Shown: positions 1-11,987 of the stretch, piece after piece | Position numbering within the stretch: the first letter of the stretch is position 1 | Layout of the letters: the number at the start of each line of letters is the position of its first letter | Source: Pristiophorus japonicus | Lineage: Eukaryota | DNA length: 64,000 nt | NCBI RefSeq assembly: GCF_044704955.1 | Contig: NC_091984.1 | Location: forward strand, 144,832,001-144,896,000 | Direction of reading: 5' to 3' | Translations under genes and position numbers: made by a program | The notes under the pieces: generated by a model | What the model saw: only the letters and a program-made list of their open reading frames with translations | Told to the model about the DNA's origin: nothing | Databases searched by the model: none

Positions 1-2060
1 TGCTTTTATACTCTATCCCCCTTGCAATTAAGGCCAACATTTCATTTGCCTTCCTGATTATTGCTGTAACCGCATACTAACTTTTTGTGTTTCATGCACA
101 AGGTCCCCTTTGCAATTTTTCTCCATTTGAAAATTAATTTGCTTTCCTCTTCATTCTGCCAAAGCGGAAAACCTCACATTTTCCCACATTACACTCCATC
201 TGCCAAATTTGTGCCCATTCACTTAGCTGGTCTCTATCCCTTTGCAGACTATTTGTGTCCTCCTCACAATTTGCTTTCCCACCCATCTTTGTCTTATAGG
301 GTGATTATTTTTCATTCTACTCTGATACTTAGAAATTGGCTGAAGACATACAATCGCCCTTCCTGGCTGTATCTATTGTAGGTTTGTGGTCGTTGGTTCT
401 GTGACCAGTTGATCTTCTTTTGGCCATTTTCTGCAGTGTTGTTCCCTCCATGTACGTTCTGTACTACATGTCCTTCTGTCCATTCATCTGTTTGTTCTTT
501 CGACCTGTGTCCATCTGTACACGTGTCCTTCTATTTTTTCTGTGTGCTTCTTCTTCCGTCTGTTCCTGTCCTTCTTCCGTATTCTGCAGAGCTGCTTCTA
601 GCTCGCATATTTATATCCAGGTTATGACTGATCTCCCGCCACTGCGGTTTCTGATAAAGTGTTTGCATCGATATATTGTTTTGTGGTCTACTCGGTTGAT
701 TGACTGCAATAATGGACTCATCCGTTTTCCCATTTGCACACTGAGTCTGCAAGGCTCAAGTTGATTTCTCATCTTCACACCTCATCACAAAAGATGTGCA
801 CCTAGTGTGGTTCCTTTGTTGTCTGGTCTTTTTACAGACTTGATGTCTCCAGTGAGCTTGTTTTCCCCACCCTGGTCAATCAAGTTCAGGGCCTCATGTA
901 ACAACTCCATTCTTGTTATGCATGGAGTCAGTTTTGTTCCCTGACCAAGAATGCCCTTAATTGTCCAGCTTAATTCCAAAAGTTTGTATTAATCTTTAGT
1001 TCATGGTCTCCTTCTGTGCTTTTCTGAAGATTAGTAACCTTACACTCCCTCCTTTAATGTTTCGCTAATATAAAACTAGAGACATTACTTGTGGAGTTAT
1101 TTTTCCATGAGCTCTATTTGGGTGTATTGCAGTCTCAGTCAAAAACTTCAGATTACATTCCTGTTTTACATCAAAAAACAGTACTTTTTCCTGACAAACC
1201 AACACTTGTACAACAAAAATGTTCGGCCTTGATCTGACTTCAGTTTTATATACAAACACTTTGGCTTTGGTTCATCTAAACAACCCTTCAACATTCCCTT
1301 CCTTTGTATTCTGTTTTAACTTACAGGATAAGATAAATAGTTACACCAAAGAACCAACGATACACTGGCTAGTGCATGAGACACGATTAGAACCCAGGAG
1401 AGAATCTGAATATTGAATCCCAAATCCCATTTTGGAGCGGCCATTATTTCCTCAATTTCCTCCCTTACTTTTTCATTTGTTTGGTGTAATGTGTAATAGT
1501 CTTTGTTGGATAGCTCAATGTCCTTCTTTGTATCATCAGCAAATTTGACGACATTACACTCGGTCCCTTCATCTAAGTCATTAATGTAGATTGTAAATAA
1601 TTGAGGCCCCAGCACCGATCCCTGCGGCACCCCATTAGTTACCGTTTGCCAATGTAAAAGTGAACCATTTATCCTGACTCTCTGTTTTTTGTTAGTTAGC
1701 CAATCTTCTATCCATGCTAATATATTACCCCCAACCCCATGAACTTTTATCTTGTGCTTTTGATGTGGCACCTTATCGAATGCCTTCTGGAAATCCAAAT
1801 ACACCACATCTACTGGTTCCCCTTTATCCACCCTGCTCGTTACATCCTCAAAGAATTCCAGCAAATTTGTCAAACATGATTTCCCTTTCATAAAACCGTG
1901 CTGACTCTGCTTGATTGAACATATATGCTTTTCCAAATGTCCTGCTACTGCTTCCTTAATAATGGACTCCAGCATTTCCCAAACACAGATGTTAGGCTAA
2001 CTGGTCTATAGATTCCTGCTTTCTGTCTGCCTCATTTTTTAAATAGGGGCGTGGCATTTG
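1..2060 (-). mobile_element. CR1-clade LINE ORF2 (RT) fragment, split by an insertion at ~290-1525
   Basis: ORF 1316..1975 has CR1 RT motifs [51 protein letters not shown]1 sequence resumes at 1-289. Confidence 0.9.
290..1525 (-). mobile_element. ERV-like 3' fragment: env-like C-terminus, PPT and ~755-bp LTR
   Basis: On the minus strand, purine tract AAAGGAGGGAG is directly followed by TGTAAGG (~1045). The segment ends ...ATAAGACA at 290 and has a TATAAA box at ~611-616. The upstream frame gives a helical segment plus a hydrophobic TM-like stretch ([22 protein letters not shown]). TCTTTGT is repeated at both edges. Confidence 0.55.
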
Positions 2061-2129
2061 CTGTGCATGCTTTGGAGAGGGCGTTAAAAGTAGCGGTGAC
2101 ATCCAGAATACAAGATTTTGCCTCAATTC

Positions 2130-2545
2130 AACGACAACAACTTGTATTTATATAGCGCCTCTAACGTAGTGAAACGTCCCAAGGCACTTCCCAGGAGTAT
2201 TATGAGATACAAAATTTGATACCGAGTCACATAAGAAGAAATTAGTGTAGGTGACCAAAGAGGTATGTTGTAAGGAGCGTCTTGAAGGTGGAAAGAGAGG
2301 TCGAGAGATGGAGAGGTTTAGGGAGGGATTCCAGAGCTTGGGGTCTCGGCAACAGAAGGCACGGCCACCAATGGTTGAGCGATTATACTCAGGGATGCTC
2401 AGGAGGGCTGAATTGGAGGAGCGCAGACATCTCGGGGGGTTGTGGGGCTGGAGGAGATTCCAGAGATAGGGAGGGGCGAGGCCATGGAGGGATTTGAAAA
2501 CAAGGATGATAATTTTTAAAAAGAGGCGTTGGTTAATAGGCAGCC
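2130..2545 (-). mobile_element. L2-clade LINE 3' fragment
   Basis: LPINQRLFLKIIILVFKSLHGLAPPYL...RSTIGGRAF matches the L2 ORF2 C-terminus, followed by the GGCGCTATATAAAT(ACAAG)TTGTTG-type tail. Confidence 0.8.
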
Positions 2546-2759
2546 GATATCGGTCTCTACTTCCCCACCCGCCTCCTCTCACCGAGCCATTCTCACCGCC
2601 CCCCACCTCCAGCCGCTCCCCTGCCTTCCTCCCTCACTTCCGCCCTCCTCACACCACATCTCTCACCCTCCCTCCCCCCATCCCAACTCACCCCTCACTC
2701 CCTCCCAAACTCCCTACCTCACATGCCCCTCCCCCCTCCCATCCCCTCTGCCCCTCCCG

Positions 2760-4010
2760 AATCGGAGTAGACCATTCAGTCCCTGGAGCCTGCTCCGCCA
2801 TTCAATGAGATCATGGCTGATCATCTACCGCAACTCAACTTTCCTGCACTGTCCCCATATCCCTTGATTCTCTTTGTATCCAAAAAATCTATCGATCTCC
2901 ATCTTGAATATACTCAAAGACCGAGCCTCCACAGCCCTCTGGGGTAGAGAATTACAGAGATTCAACACCCTCTGAGTGAAGAGGTTTCTCCTCATCTCAG
3001 ACCTAAATAGCCGACCTCTTATTCTGAGACTGTGACACCTGGTTATAGACTCCCCAGCCAGAGGAAACATCCTCCCTGCATCTACACTGTCAAGCCCTGT
3101 CAGAATCTTATATGTTTCAATGAGATCCCCTCTCATTCTTCTAAACTCTGGAGAGTATAGGCCTTGGAACTGCGAAACCAAGGCGGATAGATGGAGTTCA
3201 GATGCAGATGAGCCGTGATCTGATTGAATGGGGAACAGGCTCGAGGGGCTGAATGGCCTCCTCCTGTTCATTGTGTCCAGCAGCAGCTGTGTACCTCTCC
3301 GCAACCTCATCTTGACTTTTATCAGTCGCATCAGAGCCTTGATTCCCTCACCAGGGGGCTGGTGTTTCCAGTTCAATGTCCAGCTGATCGATGCCATGAG
3401 TCAGACTCAATGAGTGCTGTCAGCGGGTGGAAAGGCTGCTCTAACTGCAGCCTTGTTCTAATGCATTTGGGGAGGGGCAACAAGGCAAGGAATACACAAT
3501 AAATGGAAGGGTACTGAGAGGGTTGGAGGAACGGAGGGACCTTGGAGTGCATGTCCACAGATCCCTGAAGGTAGCAGGCCAGGTCGATAAGGTGCTTAAA
3601 AAGTCATTCGCAATACTTGCCTTTATTAGCCGAGGCATAGAATAGAAGAGCAGGGAGGTTATGCTTGAACTGTATAAAACACTAGTTAGGCCACAGCTAG
3701 AGTACTGCGTGCAGTTCTGGTCACCACATTACAGGAAAGATGTGATTACACGAGAGAGGGTACAGAGGAGATTCACGAGGATGTTGCCGGGACTGGAGAA
3801 TTTTAGCTATGAGGAAAGATTGGATCTGCTGGGGGTGTTTTCTCACTACATTTAAAAAGTACTTGGATGTGCACTTGAAGTGCTATAACCCACAGGGCTA
3901 TGGACCCAGGGCAGGAAAGTGGGATTAGGCTGGGTCGCTCTTCGTTGGCCGGCGCGGACATGATGGGCCGAAATGGCCTCCTTCCGTGCTGTAATTTTCT
4001 GTGATTCTAT
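2760..4010. mobile_element. CR1 3'-end fragments in both orientations (minus 2760-3165; plus ~3457-4010)
   Basis: RRMRGDLIETYKIL...RRNLFTQRV motif (minus); [19 protein letters not shown] (plus); CR1 3' UTR ending in a short ATTCTRTG-like repeat. Confidence 0.85.
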
Positions 4011-4117
4011 AATCGTGCTGGTGGTGTTGACCACTTTAAAAGTCACAGCATACATTTTATTGAAGCTATTTCCGTCCCCGGTTTCCCCGCTGCCAATAAT
4101 TGGATCAATCGATGCTG

Positions 4118-4134
4118 TAGCGCCCCCTTGTGGT
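4118..4134 (-). promoter_or_regulatory. Candidate CTCF binding site (copies at 38059-38075 and 58971-58987)
   Basis: Minus strand ACCACAAGGGGGCGCTA closely matches the CTCF core CCASYAGRKGGCRS, in a non-TE-looking island between repeats. Confidence 0.55.
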
Positions 4135-4309
4135 ATATCTATATGGGCTCCACCCAAACCCCTGCTTTCAACCCTTGAACCCACATTGCCCACGCTAGCT
4201 GGAGCCCTGCTTCTTAATCACAGCATCTCCCAGCACAGAGGGAGGCCATTCAGCCCATCAAACCCATGCTGGCGCTTTGAAAGAGCTATGGACTACAATG
4301 GCCTGGACT

Positions 4310-4447
4310 AACGATCCAGAGACACGAGTTCAAATCCCACCACGGCAGCTGGGGAATTTAATTCAGTTAATTAAATAAATCTGGAATAAAAAGCTAGTGT
4401 CAGTAATGGTGACCACAAAACTGCCAGATTGTCGTAAAAACCCATCT
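4310..4447 (+). mobile_element. tRNA-derived SINE fragment (copies at ~38250-38388 and ~59160-59300)
   Basis: B-box-like GAGTTCAAATCCC followed by a SINE-like body, fused to a CR1 fragment at the same junction in all three copies. Confidence 0.6.
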
Positions 4448-7400
4448 ACCTGGCCTGCTACCTTCAGGGATCTGTGGACATGCATACCAAGGTCCCTTTG
4501 TTCCTCAAAAATCCTCAGTGTCCTACAATTTAATATGTATTCCCTTGCCTTGTTATCCTTCCCCAAAAGCATTACCTCAGACTTCTCTGGATTAAATCCC
4601 ATTTGCCACTGTTCTGCCCACCTGACAATTTCATTGTTATCTTCTAGCAGTCTCCAGCTTTCTTCTTCATTATCAACAACACAGCCGATTTTAGAACCGT
4701 CTGCAAACTTCTTAATCATACCCCCTACATTCAAGTCTAAATCATTGATATATACCACAAAAAGCAAGGGACCTAGTACTGAGCCCTGCAGAACCCCACT
4801 GGAAACAGCCCTCCAGTCACAAAAACACCCAACAACCATTACCCTTTGCTTCCTGCCTCTGAGCCAACTTTGGATCCAACTTACCACTTTTCCCTGGATC
4901 CCATGGACTTTTACTTTCGTGACCAGTCTGCCATGTGAGACCTTATCAAATGTCTTGCTAAAATCCATATACAGTACATCAAACGTGCTGACGTCAGAGA
5001 TCCTCCTTATTTCTTCCTCCATTAATTCAATTAAATTAGCCAGACATGATCTTCCCTCAACAAATTCATGCTGACTGTCCTTGATTAACCCGTCTATCTA
5101 AATGAAGATTTATCCTGTCTCTCAGGACTTTTTCTAACAATTTTCCCACCACCGGGGTTAGGCTGACTGGCCTGCAATGTACGTAGTTAATGTAACACCA
5201 CTTTTTAAAAAGGGAGGGAGAGATGAAAATGTGTAATTATAGACCAGTTAGACTGACAGCAGTAGTGGGGAAAATGTTGGAATAATTTATTAAGGATGAA
5301 ATAACAGCGCATTTGGAAAGCAGTGACAGGATCGGTCCAAGTCAGCATGGATTTGTGAAAGGGAAATCATGCTTGACAAATCTTCTGGAATATTTTTAGG
5401 ATGTAACTATTAGAGTGGACAAGGGAGAACCAGTGGATGTGGTGTATTTGGACTTTCAAAAGGCTTTTGACAAGGTCCCACACAAGAGATTGTTGTGCAA
5501 AATCAAAGCACATGGTATTGGCGGTAATGTACTGACGTGAATAGAGAACTGGTTGGCAGACAGGAAGCATAGAGTCGGGATAAATGGGTCCTTTTCAGAA
5601 TGGCAGACAGTGACTAGTGGAGTGCCGTAAGGCTCAGTGCTGGCACACCAGCTCTTTACAATATACATTAATGATTTAGATGAAGGAATTGAGTGTAATA
5701 TCTCCAAGTTTGTTGATGATACTAAACTGGGTAGTGGTGTGAGCTGTGAGGAGGGCGCTCAGAGGCAGCAGGGTGATTTGGATAGGTTCGGTGAGTGGGC
5801 AAATGCATGGCAGATGCAGTATAATGTGGATAAATGTGAGGTTATCCAATTTGGGGGCAAAAACACAAAGGCAGAATATTATCTCAATGGTGACAGATGA
5901 GGAAAAGGGGAGTTGCAACGAGACCTGGCTGTCATGGTTCATCAGTCATTGAAAGTTGGCATGTAGGTACAGCAGGCGGTGAAGAAAGCCATTGGTATGT
6001 TGGCCTTCATAGCTAGGGGATTTGAGTATAGGAGCAGGGAGGTCTTACTGCAGTTGTACAGGCCTCAGCTGGAATATTGTGTTCAGTTTTGGTCTCCTAA
6101 TCTGAGGAAGGATGTCCTTTCTATTGAGGGAGTGCAGCAAAGGTTCACCAGACTGATTCCCGGGATGGCTGGACTGCCATATGAGGAGAAACTGGATCAA
6201 CTGGGTCTTTATACACTGGAGTTTAGAAGGATGAGATGGGATCTCATAGAAACATATAAGATTCTGACGGGACTGGACAAGTTAGATGCGGGAAGAATGT
6301 TCCCGATGTTGGGAAGTCTAGAAGCAGGGGACATAGTCTGAGGATAAGAGGTGAGCCATTTTGCACTGAGATGAGGAGAAACTTCTTCACTCAGAGATTT
6401 GTTAACCTGTGGAATTCCCTGCCGCAGGGAGTTGTTGATGTCAGTTCATGGATATGTTCAAGAGGGAGTTAGATTTGGTCCTTACGGCTAAAGGGATCAA
6501 GGGGTATGGAGAGAAAGCAGGAAAGGGGTACTGAGGGAATGATTCGTTATAATCTAATTGAATGGTGGTGCAGGCTCGAAGGGCCGAATGGCCTGCTCCT
6601 GCACATATTTTCTGTGTTTCTATTTTTCTTTGTAATTAATCGGTCTATCCCTTTCTCCCTTTTAAAAAAAAGGTGCAACATTAGCTATCCTCCAGTCCTC
6701 TGGCACCACACCTGTATCCCGAGAATTGGAAAATGATGGTCAGAGCCTCTGGTATTTCATTTTTGCTTCTCTTAATAGCCTGGGATACATTTCATCCAGG
6801 CCTGGGGATTTATCCACTTTCAAATCTCGGAAACCCCTTAATACTTCCTCTCTCACAATCTTAATTTCATCTAATATTTCACACTTCTCTTTCCTGATTG
6901 CAATATCTGCATCGACCCTCTCTTTTGTGAAAACAGACGCAAAGTATTCATTAAGAACCATACCGACATCTTACATCTCCACACACAGATTACCTTTATG
7001 GTCTTTAATAGGCACTACTCTTTCTGTAATTATCCTCTTGCTCTTAATGTATTTATAAAACATCTTTGGGTTTTCCTTGATTTTACTTGCCAAGATGTTT
7101 TCATGCTCTCTCTTTGCTTTCCTAATTTCCTTTTTAATTGCAGCCCTGCACTTTCTATACTCCTCAAAAGTTCCTGCAGTATTGAGCCCTCGGTGTCTGT
7201 AATAAGCCTCCCTTTTTTACTTTATCCTACACTGTATTTCTATTGACATTCAGGACCTCAAGATTTGTTAGCCCCACCCTTTTTCTTTAAGGGAACAGAC
7301 TTACTCTGAAACCACAGGATTTCCTCCTTGAATGCCTCCCACTGCTCTGACACTGATTTACCTTCAAGTAGCCGTTTCCAGTCCACTTTGGCTAAATCTC

Positions 7401-9290
7401 ATCTCAGCTCAGCTAAATTGGCTTTTCCCCAATTGAGAACGTTTATTGCTGGTCTATATTTGTCCTTTTCTATAACTATTCGACATCTAACTGAATTATG
7501 ATCACTGGCACCAACATGCTCTCCCACTGATACCTCTTCCACCTGCCCCTCTTCATTCCCCAAAACCAAGTCCAGAACCGTCCCTTCCCTTTTTGGGCTT
7601 GTTACAAACTGGCTAAAAAAAGTTCTGCTGAAAGCATTTTAGGAATTCCACACCCTCTACACCTTTCACACTAATTTTATCCCAGTTAATTTTAGGGTAG
7701 TTGAAATCCCCTCCTATTACTGCCCTATAGTTTTTGCACTTGTCAGAAATGTGCCTACATATTTGCTCTTCTCTCTCCCTCTGACTGTTTGGGGGTCTAT
7801 AGTACACTCCCAGCAGTGTGATTACCCCTTTTTCGTTCTTCAATTCGACCTATATGGCCTCATTTGATGATCCTTCCGACATATCATCCCTTCTCACAGA
7901 TTTAATTGTTTCTTGCAGTTGTTTCAGAACTGCGACCCCCTCCTTTTTTATCCCCCTCTCTATCCCGTCTGAAAACCCTGTAACCACGAATGTTGAGCTG
8001 CCATACCTGCCCTTCTTTCAGCCATGTCTCAGTAATAGCTCTAATATAGTACTCCAAAATGTCTATCTGTGCTCTCAGCTCATCTACCTTATTCCCAAGA
8101 CTCCATGCATTGAAGTATATACCATTTAGCACTGCCAAACTGCCTTGCTGTCTATTTTCTAAGCTTTGTTTCCTCTGTCTCCCAAATTCACTTTCTACTT
8201 TTCTGCTTTCTAATTCCAGCTTTGCTTCTCGCCCGACTGAATCTATTCTCTGGTTCCCATCCCCCTGCCAAGCTAGTTTAAACCCTCCCTAAGCACACTA
8301 GCAAATGCTGCCGTGAGGATTTTGGTCCCAGCTCTGTTGAGGTGCAACCCATTCGGCTTGTACAGGTCCCACCTCCCCCAGAAACGGTCCCAGTGCCTCA
8401 GGAAACTAAAGCTCTGCCTCAGGAAACTAAAGCTCTGCCTCCTGCACCATCTCTCCAGCCATGACACCGGGAGTAATCCAGAGTTTACTACCTTTGAGGT
8501 CTTGCTTTTTAATCTCGCTCCTAGCTCCCAAAACTCTGCCTGTAGGACCTCATCCCTCTTTCTACCTATGTCATTGGTACCGATTTGGACCACAACCTCT
8601 GGCTGTTCACCCTCCCCCCTCAGAATGTACTGCAGCCACTCAGTGTCATCCTTGACCCTGGCACCAGGCAGGCAACATACCATCCTGGGGTCACGTCTGC
8701 GGCCGCAGAAATACCTGTCTGTTCCCCTAACTATCGAATCCCCTACCACTATTGCTCTTCCACTCTTCTTCCTCCCCCCTGTGCAACTGAGCCACCCGTG
8801 GTGCCGTGGACTTGGCTCTGGCTGCACTTCCTAGAGGCACCATCGCCCCCACCAGTACTCAGAACACAATACTGGTTGGAGAGCGAGATGGACTCAGGGG
8901 ACTCCTGCACTACCTGCCTGGACCTCCTCTTCTGTCTGGTGGTCACCCATTCCCTCTCTGCCTGCACACTCTTAAGCTGCGGGGTGACCACCTCTAGAAA
9001 CGTGCTATCCACGAAGTTCTCAGCCTCGCGGATGCACCGCAGTGACTCCAGCCGCCGCTCAATCTCCGAAACGCGGAGCTCGAGTTGCTGTCGCTGGTGA
9101 CACTTCCTGCACATGTGGTCATCCAGGCCACGAGAAGTGTCCAGGACTTCCCACATGGCACAGGATGTGCACTGCACGGGACAGAACTGCCCTGTCGTGC
9201 CTCTATTTAATAGACTGAGAACTGACAGAGCAGAAATAAAATTAAAACTATAAAAAAGCAGAAAATAGCCTGGCCGACATCAATCAGGCC
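4448..9290 (-). mobile_element. Decayed long CR1 LINE: ORF1 (zinc finger/coiled coil + SGNH esterase) and ORF2 (APE + RT)
   Basis: CTSCAMWE...CRKC plus heptad LELRVSEIERRLESL. Esterase motifs VGDSIVRG, CLPGARV, IGTND, GLHLN (8273-9177). APE motifs ITETWL, GVYYRPP, GDFNYP. RT remnants 4448-5177 and 6630-7000. Frameshifted. Confidence 0.9.
5178..6625 (+). mobile_element. 5'-truncated CR1 inserted antisense into the CR1 above
   Basis: RT and C-terminal motifs ([22 protein letters not shown]) and a 3' UTR ending TTTCTGTGTTTCTA; in-frame stops. Confidence 0.85.
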
Positions 9291-9899
9291 ATAATTTTTT
9301 CACCCCATCATTCCTCATCTTTCCTGATAGCTAAAATTTTCCAGTCCAGGCAACTTCTTCCTGTGTGCAATTGGTTGTAAAGCACTTTGGGACGTCCTGA
9401 GGTTGTGAAAAGCGCTATATAAATTCAAGGCTTTATTTCATTGAAGTGGGAGGGCTCTCACCCTGACCTTCGCCAATTGTCTGCGCACTCTGACCTTCCA
9501 GGAGGTCATGGGATCATTGGGAGCAGTGACCCTGCCTGACCCCGGTACACTGATGCTGATTGTAGCCTCACCTTTGACCTCTGGGCAGCAAGCTTTTAAA
9601 TGCAATCTGGAAGCTTCTACACCGACACCCAAAATGAACCTTGCTGAAGTGTGTTTATACAAGTGTGCTGCAATGTTCCCGGATAAAGTTCTCCCGATCT
9701 GTGTGTGATCTGAGCTTTCTCACTGCTGAGCCTGTTTCCCCTGTATCCACCCATCTACAGTTCGAGCTTCCTGCCAGTGAACAGCGTCTTAACGGGACAC
9801 TCAGTCTTTCCCGACTCTTACTGTTAACCATTTCAGTGCTGAATGTGTGCCAACCCTGCACTGCAGATGTTTATACAACAGTCCAATATGATTTTGAGT

Positions 9900-10325
9900 A
9901 TCAGCCGTGGCTCAGTGCGTTGCACTCTCGCCTCTGAGTCAGAAGGTTGTGGATTCAAGTCTCAATCCAGGGACTTGAGCACAAAAATCTAGGCTGACAC
10001 TGCAGTGCAGTGCTGATGGAGCACTGCACTGTCGGAGGTGCCGTCTTTTGGATGAGACTTTAAACCAAGGCCCGATCTGCCCTCTCAGGTGGATGTAATA
10101 GATCCCATGCCACTATTTTGAAGAAGAGCAGGGGAGTTCTCCCCGGTGTCCTGGTCAATATTTATCCCTCAACCAACATGACAAAAGAACAGATTATCAG
10201 GTCATTATCACATCGTTGTTTGTGGGAGCTTGCTGTGCACAGATTGGCGGCTGTGTTTCCCACATTACAACAGTGACTACACTCCAAAAGTACTTCATTG
10301 GCTGTAAAGCGCTTTGAGATGTCCA
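9900..10325 (+). mobile_element. tRNA-headed Deu-domain SINE (SacSINE1/AmnSINE-like)
   Basis: A box TGGCTCAGTG, B box GATTCAAGTC, Deu core GGAGGTGCCGTCTTTTGGATGAGAC...AGATCCCATG...CCCCGGTGTCCTGG, and an L2-like tail. Confidence 0.8.
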
Positions 10326-10540
10326 CCTTACAATCAAACGCATTTCTATTCAGACTAAACTTATCAAACGAGGCAAAGAAGATTAAGAATTAGTGTTGCT
10401 AGCCTCTAATGATTAAACACCAGCCAGGAGTTCATTAACCCAGCTCTCCGTTATCAGATGTGATTATCCACATACGGAGACACACACACACACACACACA
10501 TTAATATACACCTGTTAAACATCCTTCTCCTCCCTTTCAG

Positions 10541-10869
10541 GCCGAGAGAAGACACCACCCACGCTGACCCTGCTGCCCCCCTCCCTGGAGGAGGTCACGA
10601 CCAAGGGCACTGCCACCCTGGTGTGCCTCGCCGATCACTTCTACCCCGATGCGGTGGAGATGGAGTGGAAGAAGGACGGGGCGACCATTTCGGCCGGGGT
10701 CCAGACCAGCGACTACCTGCGAGCTTCGGACAACACCTACAGTGTCAGCAGCCTGCTGACCCTCTCTGGCTCCGACTGGGAGTCCAACGCCAGCTTCTCC
10801 TGCAGCCTCACCCACGAGAGCCTCTCCTCTCCCCTCAGCAAGGGCATCAGGAGAGCAGAATGTGCGTAG
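10541..10869 (+). CDS. IGKC: Immunoglobulin light chain constant exon, kappa type (cartilaginous fish type III/NS4-like)
   Basis: Polypyrimidine tract + AG acceptor at 10539-10540, phase 1. Translates xREKTPPTLTLLPPSLEEVTTKGTATLVCLADHFYPDAVEMEWKKDG...DNTYSVSSLLTLSGSDWESNASFSCSLTHESLSSPLSKGIRRAECA*: a C1-set Ig domain with both Cys, the Trp and a penultimate interchain Cys. Closely resembles shark kappa C regions as I recall them. Confidence 0.93.
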
Positions 10870-11026
10870 TGTGTCAGGGACAGTCCGGGGGAGACACAAC
10901 TTTAAATAGAACAGGGGGTGAGCCGGGAGGCCAAAGGTCATTGTCAGCACTGCATTTCTACTCTCCTCCATCTCGGGACTGGGTCAGGGAAAGCATCTGA
11001 GGGTCAGGGGGTAAGGCACATTATTG

Positions 11027-11101
11027 GGACAGTGTGGAGGGAGCTTTACTCTGTATCTAACCCGTGCTGTACCTGCCCTGGGAGGGTTTGATGGGACAGT
11101 G
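11027..11101 (+). repeat. Single unit of a common shark minisatellite in the light-chain 3' UTR
   Basis: GGGACAGTGTGGAGGGAGCTTTACTCTGTATCTAACCCGTGCTGTACCTGCCCTGGGAGGGTTTGATGGGACAGTGT, bounded by repeated GGGACAGTGT. Confidence 0.55.
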
Positions 11102-11392
11102 TTGACTCGTGCTGCCAAGTAAAACCTCTCGAAGATGCTGAAGACTGTCAGCAGAGTAAAACTAATGTTAAACTGCAAAGTGCCGCTTCAGTAAGCAGAC
11201 CCCCTCCCTGCTCACCCTGCTGTTACAATTTAAGGTTTTGTCCCCGTTTAAAGGGACAGGATTCTCACGGTGTGGAGAAAACACCCACAACTGTTTTAAT
11301 GAAGCTGCATTCTCTCTGTGAGTGTCTCCAGCTCGCTCTCGCTGGGCTGTTTATTCAAGTCTTGTTTCTGTAAATGTGAATCTGTAAAAGGC

Positions 11393-11398
11393 AATAAA
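11393..11398 (+). terminator. Poly(A) signal of the light-chain transcript
   Basis: First AATAAA after the stop (~520 bp downstream), followed by a GT-rich tract. Confidence 0.7.
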
Positions 11399-11894
11399 CG
11401 TGAAGAATATTTAGTCTCTGTCTGGCGAGTGCTTTGCGAATGTTCCTCCTCCACCTCAGCTGGATTGGCTGCATTTCAGTAAGTGTCTGTCCTGATTGGC
11501 TGGGTGGGCTGTCAATCAATGGCACGTCAGCAGGAGATTTGATTCAAAGCCAATTATCATTCATTTTAAAACGATTAATTTGACCTCGAACCCCTGGAAT
11601 GCACAAGATTAAACACAGAGACACTAAAAGCTGCTGGGATTAAACCCTCCCAGTCTGAGCATTGGCTCTCACTCTGCACACTGGGGGTGTTGGGGCAGCC
11701 CCCGATGGTGGGATCGCACTGTGCACACTGTGCTGACTGCTGGGGGCAATCTGGGGGCAGGAGGCCCCAGTCACAACGTTGCATTCTCTCTCCTTAACGT
11801 GTGGCTCGTGGCAGCAGCACAAAACTGTACCGAGTGAGGCCTCAGCTTAGGGAGAGGAGCAGTCAGTGTATCACCATGAACATGTCCCTGAGTG

Positions 11895-11987
11895 TTCGTG
11901 TAGCTTACCCAGCAATGCCTGTAGGTGTGGTGTGTGTGTGTGTCTGACTGTTACCCAGCACCGCCTGTCGGTGTGTGTGTGTGACAG
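11895..11987 (+). repeat. (GT)n-GACTGTTACCCAGCACCGCCTGTAG minisatellite, left half (right half 18511-18592)
   Basis: The same unit occurs on both sides of the 11988-18513 array, so the array interrupts it. Confidence 0.85.

Noticed and set aside
1316-1975. RT-transmembrane fusion protein
   Set aside because: Chance in-frame junction between a CR1 fragment and the inserted ERV-like piece.
3973-4311. Hydrophobic 112-aa ORF conserved in three copies
   Set aside because: Starts in a CR1 3' UTR and ends at a SINE; conservation is explained by recent duplication.
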